A stretch of 64,000 nt of DNA, from assembly GCA_963696585.1 (NCBI GenBank), contig CAVOKW010000035.1, positions 77,682 to 141,681 of the forward strand, written 5' to 3'. Positions 28,291 to 38,979 of the stretch are shown here, piece after piece. The notes under the pieces were generated by a model, which saw nothing but the letters and a program-made list of their open reading frames with translations, did not search any database and had not been told where the DNA came from. The stretch's first letter is position 1. Every line of letters begins with the position of its first letter. A program made the position numbers and the translations under genes. Source of the stretch: an uncultured Alphaproteobacteria bacterium (GTDB lineage: Bacteria > Pseudomonadota > Alphaproteobacteria > Parvibaculales > Parvibaculaceae).

Positions 28291-29136
28291 ATGTCAAAGG
28301 CCTATGAAAAAAATCCGGGCGCGAGCGGACTGACCATTGTCGATCCGGTCTGGGACCGTATTCGCGCCGAAGCGCAGGCGATGGCGGCAAGCGAGCCGAT
28401 CCTGTCGGGCTTCCTGCATTCCACCATTCTCAATCATCGCGCTTTTGACGATGCGCTGGCGTTTCATCTCGCCCAGAAGCTTGGCAATGCCGATGTGCGC
28501 CCGATCCAGTTGCGCGAATTGCTCGACGAAGTGTTGCGCGCCGACCCCTCGATTGGTGAAGCCTATCGCGCCGACATCGTGGCCTATTATGACCGCGACC
28601 CGGCCTGCCACGCCTATATTCAGCCGCTTTTGTATTTCAAAGGCTTTCATGCGCTGCAAACCTATCGCGTGGCGCATTGGCTGTGGACACATGATCGCCG
28701 CGCCATGGCGCTTTTCCTGCAAAACCGCATGTCGGATCTTTTTGCGGTTGATATTCATCCGGCGGCCCGCATCGGCAAGGGTGTGTTCATCGATCATGCG
28801 ACGGGCACCGTCATTGGCGAAACCGCCGTCGTCGAAGATGATGTGTCGATGCTGCATGGCGTGACGCTGGGCGGGACGGGCAAGGAAATCGGCGACCGTC
28901 ACCCGAAGATCCGTCGCGGTGTTCTGATCAGTGTTGGCGCCAAGGTTCTCGGCAATATCGAGATCGGCGAATATAGCCGCATCGGCGCAGGCAGCGTGGT
29001 GCTTCATGCCGTGCCGGCCCATTGCACGGCCGTTGGCGTGCCCGCCAAGGTTGTCGGTTGCGCCGGTTGCGACCAGCCGAGCCATTCGATGGACCACATC
29101 ATCCGCCCGGCGGAAGATGCCGAGATCAGCGACTGA
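28291..29136 (+). CDS. cysE: Serine O-acetyltransferase
   Basis: DRDPAC, FKGFHALQ, VDIHPAARIG, IDHATG, GDRHPKI; GGAGGAG RBS. Confidence 0.98.
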   Translation: MSKAYEKNPGASGLTIVDPVWDRIRAEAQAMAASEPILSGFLHSTILNHRAFDDALAFHLAQKLGNADVRPIQLRELLDEVLRADPSIGEAYRADIVAYYDRDPACHAYIQPLLYFKGFHALQTYRVAHWLWTHDRRAMALFLQNRMSDLFAVDIHPAARIGKGVFIDHATGTVIGETAVVEDDVSMLHGVTLGGTGKEIGDRHPKIRRGVLISVGAKVLGNIEIGEYSRIGAGSVVLHAVPAHCTAVGVPAKVVGCAGCDQPSHSMDHIIRPAEDAEISD

Positions 29137-30433
29137 TCAGGGCAACCGATCCTTCAGCGCATAAAACAGCATGCCCGCGACCATGCCAGGATGGCGGAGC
29201 CATGTGCCGCCGGGGAAGGGAGGGGTATTGAGTGTTGCCAGACAATCAAAGCGTTCGGCTTGTCCGGCAATTGCTTCGGCGATGAGCTTGCCGCCAAGCG
29301 TCGCAATATTGATGCCCTGACCTGAATAACCATGGGCGAAAAGCATGTTGGGCGCGAGGCGGCCAAAATGCGGCATCCGCTTCAGCGTGATTGCCAATGT
29401 ACCGCCCCAGGCATAATCGATTTTGACGCCTTCAAGCTGCGGGAAAACGCGCAGCATGGGTTTTGTCACGAATGCGGCGATGTCGCGCGGGAAGCGCGGC
29501 GAATAATTTTCGCCGCCGCCAAAGAGCAGGCGATGGTCGGCAGACATGCGGTAATAGTCGATGACGAACTTGGTATCCTGCACGGCGACATCATCGCGGA
29601 TAAGGGCGCGCGCGCCATCTTCGCCCAAGGGTTCCGTGGCAATGATGAAATTGTTGATCGGCATGATGCGCCCGGCGACGCGGGGCTCAAGATTGCCGAG
29701 ATAGCCATTACAGGCGAGCACGACATGATTGGCGCGAACCGTGCCGCTTGATGTCTTGATGATGGCGGGATCCGTGTGGCTCACTTCGATGACGCGTGAG
29801 GCTTCATGGATGCGGGCCCCTTTGAGGAGGGCTGCCTGCGCCAGACCACGAGGCGTAATTCAGCGGATGGAGATGCGCGCCCTTCATGTCGAGCAGGCCA
29901 CCATGATAGCGGTCGGTGTGCACCATCTCGCGCATTTCGTCGCGTTCGATATAGCGCATGTCGGCGCAATCATAGGTGCCGCGCATATGGTCGGCTTCCT
30001 CGCGCAGCCATGCGGCATCGCCCGCTTTCCAGGCGGCATGGAGCACACCGGGCTTCAAGTCACACTCGATGCCATAACGTGCGATGATATCCCTGACGGT
30101 GTCGACGCTATCGCAGGCCAAGGCCCATAGCCGCTGCGCCCATTCCGTTCCGAGCGTTGCTTCGAGCGTGCGCTGATCCTTGCGATGGCCGGTGCCGAGC
30201 TGGCCGCCATTGCGACCTGAGGCGCCCCAGCCGATTTTTTCAGCTTCGAGCACGACCACGTCATAGCCGCGCTCGCTCAGATGCAAGGCGCAGGAGAGGC
30301 CGGTATAGCCCGCGCCGACGATGCAGACATCCGCCCTTTGTCCGCCCGTGAGCGGGGGCAGGTCCGGCAAACCGTCACTGACTGTGGCGGCATAATAGGA
30401 GGGGGGGTAGGTCGGCTTTGACATAAGGCGCAT
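29137..30433 (-). pseudogene. PuuB/DadA-family FAD oxidoreductase split by a +1 frameshift (or sequencing error)
   Basis: IVGAGYTGLS, GASGRNGG in the 5' part; removing one base at ~29852 restores HPLNYARGLAQAA; span 1297 = 3n+1. Confidence 0.85.
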
Positions 30434-30442
30434 GGGCGCACG

Positions 30443-30727
30443 TCACGCGATGGCGACGCGGCTTTCCTCCTGCTTGTCGGCGTGAATACTGCAAAGGTCC
30501 ATGCAGGCTTCCCATGGCGCGCCATCGCGCACATCTTCCAGCGCCTCTTCATCTGCCCATTCGGTGCGGAAAACGACACGACCTTCGGCAGGATGTTCTT
30601 CAATGAGCGATGCGCGGAAACCCGGCGGGGGATTGCGATCCAGTTCGCGCTCTTTGTAGCCGCGAAGCTGGGAGACGATATGGTCGGGTTGTTTCGTCTT
30701 GAAGGTGACAATGAAGGCGAGCGCCAT
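30443..30727 (-). CDS. Small protein, possible ABM/dimeric alpha-beta barrel
   Basis: GAGG RBS; MALAFIVTFK...VVFRTEWADEEAL pattern. Confidence 0.6.
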   Translation of the reverse strand: MALAFIVTFKTKQPDHIVSQLRGYKERELDRNPPPGFRASLIEEHPAEGRVVFRTEWADEEALEDVRDGAPWEACMDLCSIHADKQEESRVAIA

Positions 30728-30896
30728 GGGTTCCTCGTTGCTTGACCCCGGTTTGTCGGGGCTTGTCATGATCCTGAAAGGTCGAGTGTGGTTCTTCTAT
30801 AGCATGCCGGGACCGAGAGTTCCCGCTTTGCGCTTGGGCTGACTCGCGGCACAATGACCCCCTGGCAAAAATAATAAACAAGAAAAGGGAAGTGAA

Positions 30897-31700
30897 ATGG
30901 GACGCATCTCGGGAAAAGTGGCACTGGTGACAGGCGCGGGCAAAGGCATTGGCGCGGCTTCCGCCAAACTCTATGCGCGCGAAGGCGCCAGGGTTTTGTG
31001 CACCGACCTTGATGTCGAGGCTGGTGAGGCGGTGGCAAGCGCGATAGTCGCGGCTGGCGGCGAGGCGCTCTTTATGCGTCATCAGGTGACAGATGAGGGC
31101 GATTGGGAAAAGGCCGTCGCCCTTGCCGTGCAAAAGTTTGGCGGGCTGCATGTGCTTCTCAACAATGCCGGTATCGCGCCTGCCGGATCGCCTGTCGAGA
31201 ACATGACGCTGGAACAATGGCGTCATACGATTGCCGTTGATCTCGATAGCGTGTTTCTGGGCTGCAAGCATGGCGTGCGCGCCATCAAGGAAACGACGGC
31301 CAAAGGAGGACCCGGCGGCTCGATCATCAATGTCTCGTCCATTCTGGGCCTGGTCGGCAATGCCAATTCGGTTGACTACAATGCCGCCAAGGGCGGTGTG
31401 CGCCTGCTGTCGAAATGTGTCGCGCTGGAATGTGCGCAGGCTGGCTATCGCATTCGCGTCAATTCGCTGCATCCGGGCTATATCGACACGCCATTGGTGC
31501 GCAATGCGGTGGCGAACATGTCAGGTGGCGATCAGGCTGGCGCCAATGCCGTGATCGACATGCTGGTGATGGCGCATCCGATCGGTCGTCTGGGCGTGGC
31601 TGATGAAATTGCCAATGCGGCGCTGTTTCTGGCGAGCGACGAATCGAGCTTCATGACCGGGACGGAAATGGTCGTGGATGGTGGCTATACGGCGCGATAG
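30897..31700 (+). CDS. SDR oxidoreductase (3-beta/cyclopentanol dehydrogenase-like)
   Basis: TGAGKGIG, NNAGI, YNAAKGG, VNSLHPGYIDTP, VVDGGYTA. Confidence 0.95.
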   Translation: MGRISGKVALVTGAGKGIGAASAKLYAREGARVLCTDLDVEAGEAVASAIVAAGGEALFMRHQVTDEGDWEKAVALAVQKFGGLHVLLNNAGIAPAGSPVENMTLEQWRHTIAVDLDSVFLGCKHGVRAIKETTAKGGPGGSIINVSSILGLVGNANSVDYNAAKGGVRLLSKCVALECAQAGYRIRVNSLHPGYIDTPLVRNAVANMSGGDQAGANAVIDMLVMAHPIGRLGVADEIANAALFLASDESSFMTGTEMVVDGGYTAR

Positions 31701-31711
31701 GCGCAACACAT

Positions 31712-31849
31712 TCAAAGACGCGAACTCAACTCGCTCGTTTTCTGATGGTCCGCGGGTGCCTCGCCTGTGTGCCAGGCAAGTGTGAGCACAGCTCCTGCGG
31801 TCAACAGGAGCGTGAACAGGACCAGCCATTTCAGTTTGCGTTGCGACAT
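31712..31849 (-). CDS. Unannotated 45-aa single-pass membrane protein
   Basis: GGGAGAG RBS; MSQRKLKWLVLFTLLLTAGAVLTLAWHTGEAPADHQKTSELSSRL*. Confidence 0.65.
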   Translation of the reverse strand: MSQRKLKWLVLFTLLLTAGAVLTLAWHTGEAPADHQKTSELSSRL

Positions 31850-32015
31850 GGATCAGGCTCTCCCGAGGCGTCCGACAAGGCTGACACGACGGGTTCCCGT
31901 CGCCAACGGGACGAAGCGCCGCAGTCCCGTTTGCGCCGGAGGCTCTGAATGGTTAAAACACCGCTTGGACATTGGGTCGCGGAAGCGGCCCCTGACATGC
32001 GAGTGGGAGACATCC

Positions 32016-32228
32016 TTGGACAAGACCGAAATCAGACGCATCGAAGCCTATCTGCGCGATAAGTTTCGTCTGCCATCCATCACGGTCACGAAGCGCCCGC
32101 AGAAGGATGATTCCGCCGAAGTGAATATTGGCGATGAGTTTATTGGCGTGATCTTCCGCGACGAAGATGAGGGCGAGATTTCCTACGCCTTCAATATGGC
32201 CATTCTCGACATTGATCTTCCCGAGTGA
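32016..32228 (+). CDS. DUF3126 family protein
   Basis: TTG start after GGGAG; RPQKDDSAEVNIGDEFIGVIFRDEDEGEISY. Confidence 0.88.
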   Translation: MDKTEIRRIEAYLRDKFRLPSITVTKRPQKDDSAEVNIGDEFIGVIFRDEDEGEISYAFNMAILDIDLPE

Positions 32229-32239
32229 TGGCGCCCTGA

Positions 32240-33004
32240 TCAGTCAGTGATCGAGCCGACAAGGTCGCTGGGCAGGCCTGGCACCTCGAAGCTGTTGATG
32301 AGCAGTTCAACAGTCTTGTCAATTTCACGCCATTGCGGCAGTTGCGAGCGCTTGTAGCGATAGACAAGCTCAAGCGTCGGCGTGAGCAGCATCGACCGGC
32401 TGCAATTCGGGCTATCAACCTCGACCGTGGCTTTTTCGCATATCAGGAGGATCATGTGGCCGTTGGCATCCGTGCCGACGAGCAGGTCCTGATTGCGATA
32501 GCCGGAATCATCGCGGAAATGGAAGCGATCAAGGTCTGCGGGGTCGCGCTCGGGCGTCGGCGAGACAAGATATTTCGAGTAGATATCCCTGAGCCTGCGA
32601 TCAGCCGGCAGGGGGGTCGAGGTTTCGCGCAGCGAGAAATAGATGACCTGCGAATTGGGACCGTTATCGCTGAAGCTGGACTGACGCGCCATGCTGAAGG
32701 GATCGAAGCCCGGCAGCAGCGCATGCATGTCCATCCGCGTATGCGCACCACCACCGCGCTGGGCGGGATAGCGGGTGTAGTTTTCCGGGATCATGAAATG
32801 CGTGCCGGCGACAACCGTTTCGATCTTGCGGCTGTCGGCGCTGGCGCGCGGGTCCAGACCCAGGATCTCGTTGGGCGTCGGACCAAAATAGTAATAAAGG
32901 AAAAAGACCGAGAAGGAGAGAACCCCCGCAATGACAAGGGCCGGGATGATCCAGGCGGGGCGTTCATGCACCAGTTCACCGCCAGACTGTTTGTTGCGCG
33001 CCAC
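32240..33004 (-). CDS. Membrane-anchored hypothetical protein
   Basis: N-terminal TM (WIIPALVIAGVLSFSVFFLYYYF) then a soluble domain. Confidence 0.75.
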   Translation of the reverse strand: MARNKQSGGELVHERPAWIIPALVIAGVLSFSVFFLYYYFGPTPNEILGLDPRASADSRKIETVVAGTHFMIPENYTRYPAQRGGGAHTRMDMHALLPGFDPFSMARQSSFSDNGPNSQVIYFSLRETSTPLPADRRLRDIYSKYLVSPTPERDPADLDRFHFRDDSGYRNQDLLVGTDANGHMILLICEKATVEVDSPNCSRSMLLTPTLELVYRYKRSQLPQWREIDKTVELLINSFEVPGLPSDLVGSITD

Positions 33005-33274
33005 GTCTCATCCTTCCCATTGTCTCGCCGCCCTGATGGCGAGGCCTGCCATCTTATCCGGGCGATCCCTGTCAGCAAGCCGAATGGGCGGACTGTTTCG
33101 CTGTGGCACAGACCCGGCGCAAAGCGGCACGGGAGAGCCGGGTCTTGCGGCGACCGGATTTTCAGGCGCATCAAGTCACCATCAATAACATGCTGTAACT
33201 AAAAGAATATTTCCAAATCGTGGATTGGCGGTCATGGCCCGGGCAGGTGGTACGGCGCTTGCGGATAGGGTGGC

Positions 33275-33682
33275 ATGACACATTTTGCCATTCGATCACT
33301 GTTTCTGGGCGGTCTTGTCCTGGGCCTTGTCGGCCACATGGACAATCCCTCTGCGCTCTTCGGCGAGAAGGCAGGCGCGATCCTGCGGGAAGCGGCGCTG
33401 CGCTGTTCGGCGGCGCGCGCCTCCTGCCAGATAGCCGGTATTGAACTCGGTGGCGATGGCCAGAGCGTGGCGGGGGCGTTGATTGCCGGTTCAAGCAAGG
33501 TCAAGGCAAGCGACATGCTGAAGGGTTTGCGGGTGCCGAAGGTTTTGACGCTTCTCGACGAGCGCGTTGTGCCGGAAACACTGGTCAATGCCGCGCATTC
33601 ACAGCTGGGGCACTGGGCTGGAGATGCGACCAGAAAATTGATGTCATCGCGATCGGCATCAGCCGCGCGGGCACTGAACTAG
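33275..33682 (+). CDS. Hypothetical exported protein
   Basis: Hydrophobic N-terminus; position upstream of next gene. Confidence 0.55.
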   Translation: MTHFAIRSLFLGGLVLGLVGHMDNPSALFGEKAGAILREAALRCSAARASCQIAGIELGGDGQSVAGALIAGSSKVKASDMLKGLRVPKVLTLLDERVVPETLVNAAHSQLGHWAGDATRKLMSSRSASAARALN

Positions 33683-33701
33683 ACGAGGCAGGGGCGGGTT
33701 C

Positions 33702-34013
33702 ATGTTTGAGTTAACGGTTTTTGCCATGACGGTTGCAACGGGGTTTGTTGCATCCGGTTTGACGGGGAGCTTCTATCGCCTTGTCACCAACAAGCCACCG
33801 AGCTTTGCCGTGGTGTCTGATTCAAGCATTGGGCTGCTGGTCGCAGTCTTCATGCTGATCTTTGCCGGGCCCCTGGTCATTTTGCGCAATGCGCTGCGGG
33901 CTCAGGTATTTGAAAATCGCCCACCGCTATGGCTCCTGCTCTCTGCCATGATTGCCATGCTGTGGAGCTTCCTGTCGGGCGAGCTGCTGCTCAGCATCAT
34001 CCTGACACTCTGA
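33702..34013 (+). CDS. DUF6949-like membrane protein
   Basis: GFVASGLTGSFYRL...FAGPLVILRNA...WSFLSG. Confidence 0.75.
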   Translation: MFELTVFAMTVATGFVASGLTGSFYRLVTNKPPSFAVVSDSSIGLLVAVFMLIFAGPLVILRNALRAQVFENRPPLWLLLSAMIAMLWSFLSGELLLSIILTL

Positions 34014-34020
34014 GCGATCA

Positions 34021-35070
34021 TCAGGCGCGGCGACGAATGCCGCGCGCCAGACTGCCAAAGAGCAAGGTGCCGATGCCTGCACCCAGCGCCCAGATCCAGT
34101 GAAAGGCGAGCAAGAACAGATTGCTCAAGGTCTTGAAGGCGCGAAGGCTGGTTTTGCCCGTCAGTTCGACAATCCCGCGCGTCTTACTGCCAAGCTTGCC
34201 ACCCATTTTGGCGACATGCGCCAGATCATCCGTGTTGTCGACATATTTCAGCAGGCGGACGGACTCAGCCGGGCCGACCCCTTTTTCAAGCGCCGCCACA
34301 TCGTCAATCACGGGCGCGATCTTGGCGAATGAAACCGAGCCCGCATAATTGGTGATGGCGCGACGTGTCGCGGCGCTGTCTGCCAGATCGACCGTGCGCA
34401 AGGTGCCACGGAGCTTTTCAAAATTGACGGCTTCACTGAGCAGGCGCGTCATGTTGCGCGCAAAGCGAACGGTGATGGTTCCGGCTTTCTCGGCCACTTT
34501 AAGCAAGGAGACACCGATGCGGGCAGGCAGTCCGCCGCCGCCTGTGGCAATCGTTGCCGTGGTGGCGGCCAGGCCGAGCACGGAAAGCCCCAATATCAGT
34601 TGCGAATAATCCTCGCCCGAGACCATCTTGCTGCCCTCGCGGCCAATGTCACGCACATCGCCGACAACGGTGAAGTCAGAGGTTATGGCGCCCATGAAGG
34701 AGGCCGTGTCACCACCCTCGCCCGTGACGAAGCCTTCAAAGAAACCGCCCGTGTTGCGCATAACCGTGCGGCTCAGGGTTTTTTCGGCGTCAAGGCGGCT
34801 CTGCGTGTCCGGATCAAGCTTCACAATCATGTAATGGGCGATGTCGGCATACATGATGGCGTCTTCATAGTCGCCAGCATCGAGCGCGGCATTGATGCGG
34901 CTGGCGAGGTCGTTGGCATTGGTCTTCTGCGCGAGTTCAGCCTTGATGAAGGGATCGACGGGGATCATGTCGTCCGTGACATAGGCGTCGAGAAGCCCGC
35001 GTTCATAAACGGCCATGAACCCCACGGGCAGAAGCAGAAGAAAGAGGATGAAAGCGATCAGTCGCATCAT
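34021..35070 (-). CDS. Conserved hypothetical membrane protein
   Basis: 349-aa ORF, N- and C-terminal TMs, central Gly/Ala hydrophobic hairpin. Confidence 0.75.
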   Translation of the reverse strand: MMRLIAFILFLLLLPVGFMAVYERGLLDAYVTDDMIPVDPFIKAELAQKTNANDLASRINAALDAGDYEDAIMYADIAHYMIVKLDPDTQSRLDAEKTLSRTVMRNTGGFFEGFVTGEGGDTASFMGAITSDFTVVGDVRDIGREGSKMVSGEDYSQLILGLSVLGLAATTATIATGGGGLPARIGVSLLKVAEKAGTITVRFARNMTRLLSEAVNFEKLRGTLRTVDLADSAATRRAITNYAGSVSFAKIAPVIDDVAALEKGVGPAESVRLLKYVDNTDDLAHVAKMGGKLGSKTRGIVELTGKTSLRAFKTLSNLFLLAFHWIWALGAGIGTLLFGSLARGIRRRA

Positions 35071-35196
35071 GTTACCCGCGCCCCCAGCGCTCTGAATGTC
35101 ACCCGCCCCATGTCGCCGCCGATCTGCCCCGCGCGACGGATCAGGAAAGAGTGGTCTATTGCGGGTGCGAGCGCAACCTTGTGATCGCGTCCTGGT

Positions 35197-37209
35197 TCAG
35201 CCGCCGATGATGCCGCCGTTTTCTGCCGTGATGACGACGAGGGAGGGGCGTGGCGGCATGGCGGGTGAAAAATCAGGCCAGCGTGTGGCGGGCTTCTCAA
35301 AGCTCGACTCTGCTTCAAAGCCCGGGAAATTCTTGGTGCCGTCAGCGGCCGGATGCTGAACGGCAACGAAAAATGTCTTTGAATCAGGCGTGAAGCAGGG
35401 GCCGCACATTTCTGCGCCGACGGGGACACGGAAGAACATGCGGCCCGTGCCGCGTAAGGCGCCTGAGGTTTCAAGGGCGAAAATGCCATCGGCTGATTGC
35501 GTGTTTTTCGACCATTTCGAGCCCTGATCGGTGGCAACCCACAGGCGGCCTTTGGCGTCCACAGCCAGATTGTCAGGATTGGCAAACCAGCCATTGGCAG
35601 ATGTGGCGGCGTTCCACCCGGCCTTGGTGGCGGTGTCCGCCGGATTGCCGCATTGGACCAGCATGTCCCAGGCGAAATTCAGATTGGCGTGGTCATTGTC
35701 CTGCGGGGTGATTTCAACGATTTGACCCCAGAGGTTCTCGGCGCGCGTGTTGACGGCATCGAGCTTGTCGGCTGTGCGTTCATCATTGTTGGTGAGGGCA
35801 AGATAGACCTTGCCGGTTATCGGATCGGGTTGCACATCTTCGGGGCGATCGAGCGGTGTTGCCCCCAGGACATCGCCCGCCCGGCGTGCATCAATCAGGA
35901 CATCGCCCTGGTCGGCGAAACCGTTTGTAGCGTCCAAACCGTTTTCACCGTGAATGAGGGCGCGCCAGACACCTGTTCCATCCGGCATGAACGTCGCGAC
36001 ATAAAGCGTGCCTTCGTCCAGCAAAGTCTGATTGGCGCTACGATCCGTCTTGTTGACCTTGTCAGTCGATACATACTTGTAGAGATATTCATTGGACTGA
36101 TCATCGCCCATATAAATGACGAGGCGGCCATCGGCCGATTGAGTCGTTTCGGCGCCTTCATGCTTGAAGCGGCCCAGCGCCGTGCGCTTGATGGGAACGG
36201 ATGTCGGATCGAGTACATCGACCTCGACAATCCAGCCGAAGCGATTGCATTCATGCGGCTCGGCATTCACATCGAAGCGTTTGTGATATTTGCCCCAGGG
36301 ATATTTATTGGCCGGGATGCCCATGCGTTCCATGGAGGCTTTTTCCGGGCCTTCTTCTGCCGCGCCCATGAAGTACATGTTCACGTTTTCCTCGGCCATG
36401 AGATAGGTGCCCCAGGGCGTGATGCCGCCGGCGCAATTATTCACGGTGCCGATGACTTTGGTGCCTGTCGGGTCTTCGACGGTCTGCAGGCGCGGATGAC
36501 CCGCGGCAGGGCCTGACAGGCCCATCTGCGTGTCGAGTGTGGTGATGCGGCGATTATACGGGCTCTCAAGGACATGCGCCCATTTGCCGTCTGCACCTTT
36601 GGCGATCTCGATGACGGAGCCGCCATGCGCCGCCATGGAAATTTCGACCTGTTCAAGGGTGAGCGCGTCCTTCAGCTCTTTGCCTTCAAGGCCGGGAAAC
36701 ATCAGATCGTCATTGGTGTATTCGTGGTTGATGCAAAGCAGGCCGCGATCACTGGCATCGGAGCCGAAGGGCAGGGGAACGAATCCGACATAATCATTGT
36801 TGTAGCCAAACTGAAGGCGCTGGGCGGCGGCCGACTGGTTCATGGGGTCAAAGGCTGGCGCGCTGGCGACCACGGGGTCACCCCAGCGCATCAGGATCGA
36901 GGCGACATAGCCCGGTGCGACATGGTGGGTTTCATCGACGCCATGGGCAATCTCTTCAAAGGTGAAGGAAGATGTGCCCGCAGGCGCGGATTTTGCCGTT
37001 TCGTCCTTTTGCTTGTCGTCGCAGGCGGCGAGCGCCATGAGGCTCGTCGAGGCGCCAAGCATGAGGCCGGTTGTGCCCAGGCCGGACAAAACCGCGCGGC
37101 GCGACAGGCGCATCTGCCAGACATCGCGCAGGCTGGGACTCGTCGGACGAGATACGGTCGCATTGTCAGCGGATTCGAGGTCCTGCGCGAAGGAGGGGCG
37201 TTTGGTCAT
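35197..37209 (-). CDS. phoX: PhoX-family alkaline phosphatase (Tat-exported)
   Basis: SRRAVL twin-Arg signal, INHEY, NCAGGITPWGTYLMAEEN, ALGRFKHEG, DRPED, NPDN, AEMCGP, VAVQHP. Confidence 0.96.
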   Translation of the reverse strand: MTKRPSFAQDLESADNATVSRPTSPSLRDVWQMRLSRRAVLSGLGTTGLMLGASTSLMALAACDDKQKDETAKSAPAGTSSFTFEEIAHGVDETHHVAPGYVASILMRWGDPVVASAPAFDPMNQSAAAQRLQFGYNNDYVGFVPLPFGSDASDRGLLCINHEYTNDDLMFPGLEGKELKDALTLEQVEISMAAHGGSVIEIAKGADGKWAHVLESPYNRRITTLDTQMGLSGPAAGHPRLQTVEDPTGTKVIGTVNNCAGGITPWGTYLMAEENVNMYFMGAAEEGPEKASMERMGIPANKYPWGKYHKRFDVNAEPHECNRFGWIVEVDVLDPTSVPIKRTALGRFKHEGAETTQSADGRLVIYMGDDQSNEYLYKYVSTDKVNKTDRSANQTLLDEGTLYVATFMPDGTGVWRALIHGENGLDATNGFADQGDVLIDARRAGDVLGATPLDRPEDVQPDPITGKVYLALTNNDERTADKLDAVNTRAENLWGQIVEITPQDNDHANLNFAWDMLVQCGNPADTATKAGWNAATSANGWFANPDNLAVDAKGRLWVATDQGSKWSKNTQSADGIFALETSGALRGTGRMFFRVPVGAEMCGPCFTPDSKTFFVAVQHPAADGTKNFPGFEAESSFEKPATRWPDFSPAMPPRPSLVVITAENGGIIGG

Positions 37210-37282
37210 GACTGGTTACCGCTGTCTCATGTTTGAGCTGGGCTTGGGGCCGGGGCATTTATCCCCGGTCTTTCAACAGGAG

Positions 37283-37314
37283 ATTATAGTCAAGGGTTAA
37301 CAGGCGGATGACAA
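37283..37314 (-). promoter_or_regulatory. Pho box plus -10 element for phoX
   Basis: Minus strand TTGTCAT-ccgc-CTGTTAA (37314-37297), 8 nt, then TATAAT (37288-37283). Confidence 0.7.
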
Positions 37315-37401
37315 CTGTTGCAGAGCCTCGTTTCAAAGGGCAGAGCGTGGCATAGTCCCTTATCGCTATTGATAAGGTTTGAAGATCGGGAGAGACGAGG
37401 A

Positions 37402-37932
37402 ATGGCACTTTATGCATTGGGCGATATTCGCCCCCAATTGCCGCACGAGGGCGACTACTGGATTGCCCCTTCGGCGCATGTGATGGGCAATGTGAAGCTC
37501 GAAAAAAATGCCAGTGTCTGGTGGGGGGCGGTGCTGCGCGGCGACAATGACCTGATCACGGTCGGCGAAAACTCCAATGTGCAGGATGGTTCGGTGTTTC
37601 ATACCGATCCGGGTTCGCCCCTGACGATCGGGAAAAATGTGACCATCGGCCATATGGTCATGCTGCATGGCTGCACGATTGGCGATGACACGCTGATCGG
37701 CATTGGCAGCACGATCCTGAACAACACCAAAATCGGGCGTGGCTGTATCATCGGCGCGCATACGCTGATTGCCGAGGGAAAAGAGATTCCCGACTTCTCC
37801 ATGGTTCTTGGCTCACCGGGGCGCGTTGTCAAAACGCTGCCGGAAGACACCATCGCCATGCTGCGATTTTCGGCGACACATTATGTCGAAAACTGGAAGC
37901 GCTTTTCCAAAGACCTCAAACAGATCGGTTGA
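37402..37932 (+). CDS. Gamma carbonic anhydrase family protein
   Basis: [30 protein letters not shown]. Confidence 0.95.
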   Translation: MALYALGDIRPQLPHEGDYWIAPSAHVMGNVKLEKNASVWWGAVLRGDNDLITVGENSNVQDGSVFHTDPGSPLTIGKNVTIGHMVMLHGCTIGDDTLIGIGSTILNNTKIGRGCIIGAHTLIAEGKEIPDFSMVLGSPGRVVKTLPEDTIAMLRFSATHYVENWKRFSKDLKQIG

Positions 37933-38978
37933 CAGGTAACGCGTTGCGTCAGGTTTTCCGTTTCACAGCTCTCCTGATCCTCCTGCTTGGCGGGGCGTTT
38001 TCACCTGCGCGCTCGGCGAGCCTTGATGGACGTTATCAAGGCATTGCCGACGGGGCGGGGATGAGCCTGAGCCTGGAAGAGCTTGATGGCCGCGTGGTCG
38101 GCAAACTTGTCATGGTCGAAGGCGAGGCGCTGGCGCTGAATGGCGAGCGTTCCGCCAAAGGCGCGCAAGGTTCGCTGCGCATCAAGGGCGCGGCGAGCGA
38201 CAGCGCGTTTTTCCTGCTTGAAGAGCGCCCACGCGGCGTGCAAATCCTGATCATGCCCGCGCGTGATGACGGCACACCTGACGCCGCTGCCGGGCGGCAA
38301 TATTCCCTGCTGCGAGAAGGCGTTGGCGTCAATGTACCGTTGCCGGGCAATGCGAACGCAATACCCGCGCCGGACAAGCCTGTCGATGTGATTGCCTTTA
38401 TTGATGGCTATCGAAACTGGTCGCCACGTGATGGGGCGAGACTCTATGCAACGCTGGATGATCAGTCGCGCGGCGTGATGCTGCTGTTTGATTTTGCCAG
38501 TGCCGACATTTTGTGGCGCCTGTGTGAAGCGCAATCCACAGGTGAGGTGCCTGCAAAGGTCCTGCATGAGGCGCTGGAACGGCAGCAGACGGATTGTGCG
38601 CAATTCTTGCCCATTGCCAAGGCGGCTCAGAAAAGCAGCCTCTATCCGGAGTTTTTGCGCCGCGCCCGTTTTCAGATGGAGCTGGTTCGGGCGACGGTGC
38701 TTTGTCATCGCGGGCAATCGCCAGCGGATAAATGTAATGACGTGGCGGCACTGACAACGCCCCTGATCCTGCGCTGGCGCAAGGCCATGGCGATCATGCA
38801 GGAAATATCCGGTGGTACGCCGGAGGTCGAATCCGAAGCGCGTGTGAAGGATGCGCTGATCGGGTCACCACCATTGCGGCAATCTTTGGATGAGAAGGCG
38901 CCCGCCAGATTGTCGCAAGAAACAGATCCGGCGAGTGGCCCATCGCGTCGCGTGCCACTCGCCAGACCCAGGCATTAG
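37929..38978 (+). CDS. Hypothetical exported protein
   Basis: Signal-like N-terminus; overlaps the previous stop. Confidence 0.65.
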   Translation: MTGNALRQVFRFTALLILLLGGAFSPARSASLDGRYQGIADGAGMSLSLEELDGRVVGKLVMVEGEALALNGERSAKGAQGSLRIKGAASDSAFFLLEERPRGVQILIMPARDDGTPDAAAGRQYSLLREGVGVNVPLPGNANAIPAPDKPVDVIAFIDGYRNWSPRDGARLYATLDDQSRGVMLLFDFASADILWRLCEAQSTGEVPAKVLHEALERQQTDCAQFLPIAKAAQKSSLYPEFLRRARFQMELVRATVLCHRGQSPADKCNDVAALTTPLILRWRKAMAIMQEISGGTPEVESEARVKDALIGSPPLRQSLDEKAPARLSQETDPASGPSRRVPLARPRH

Positions 38979-38979
38979 C

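Noticed and set aside
29134-29139. Abutting or overlapping stops of convergent genes (also 25813-16, 38976-82, 54181-88)
   Set aside because: Ordinary compact gene packing
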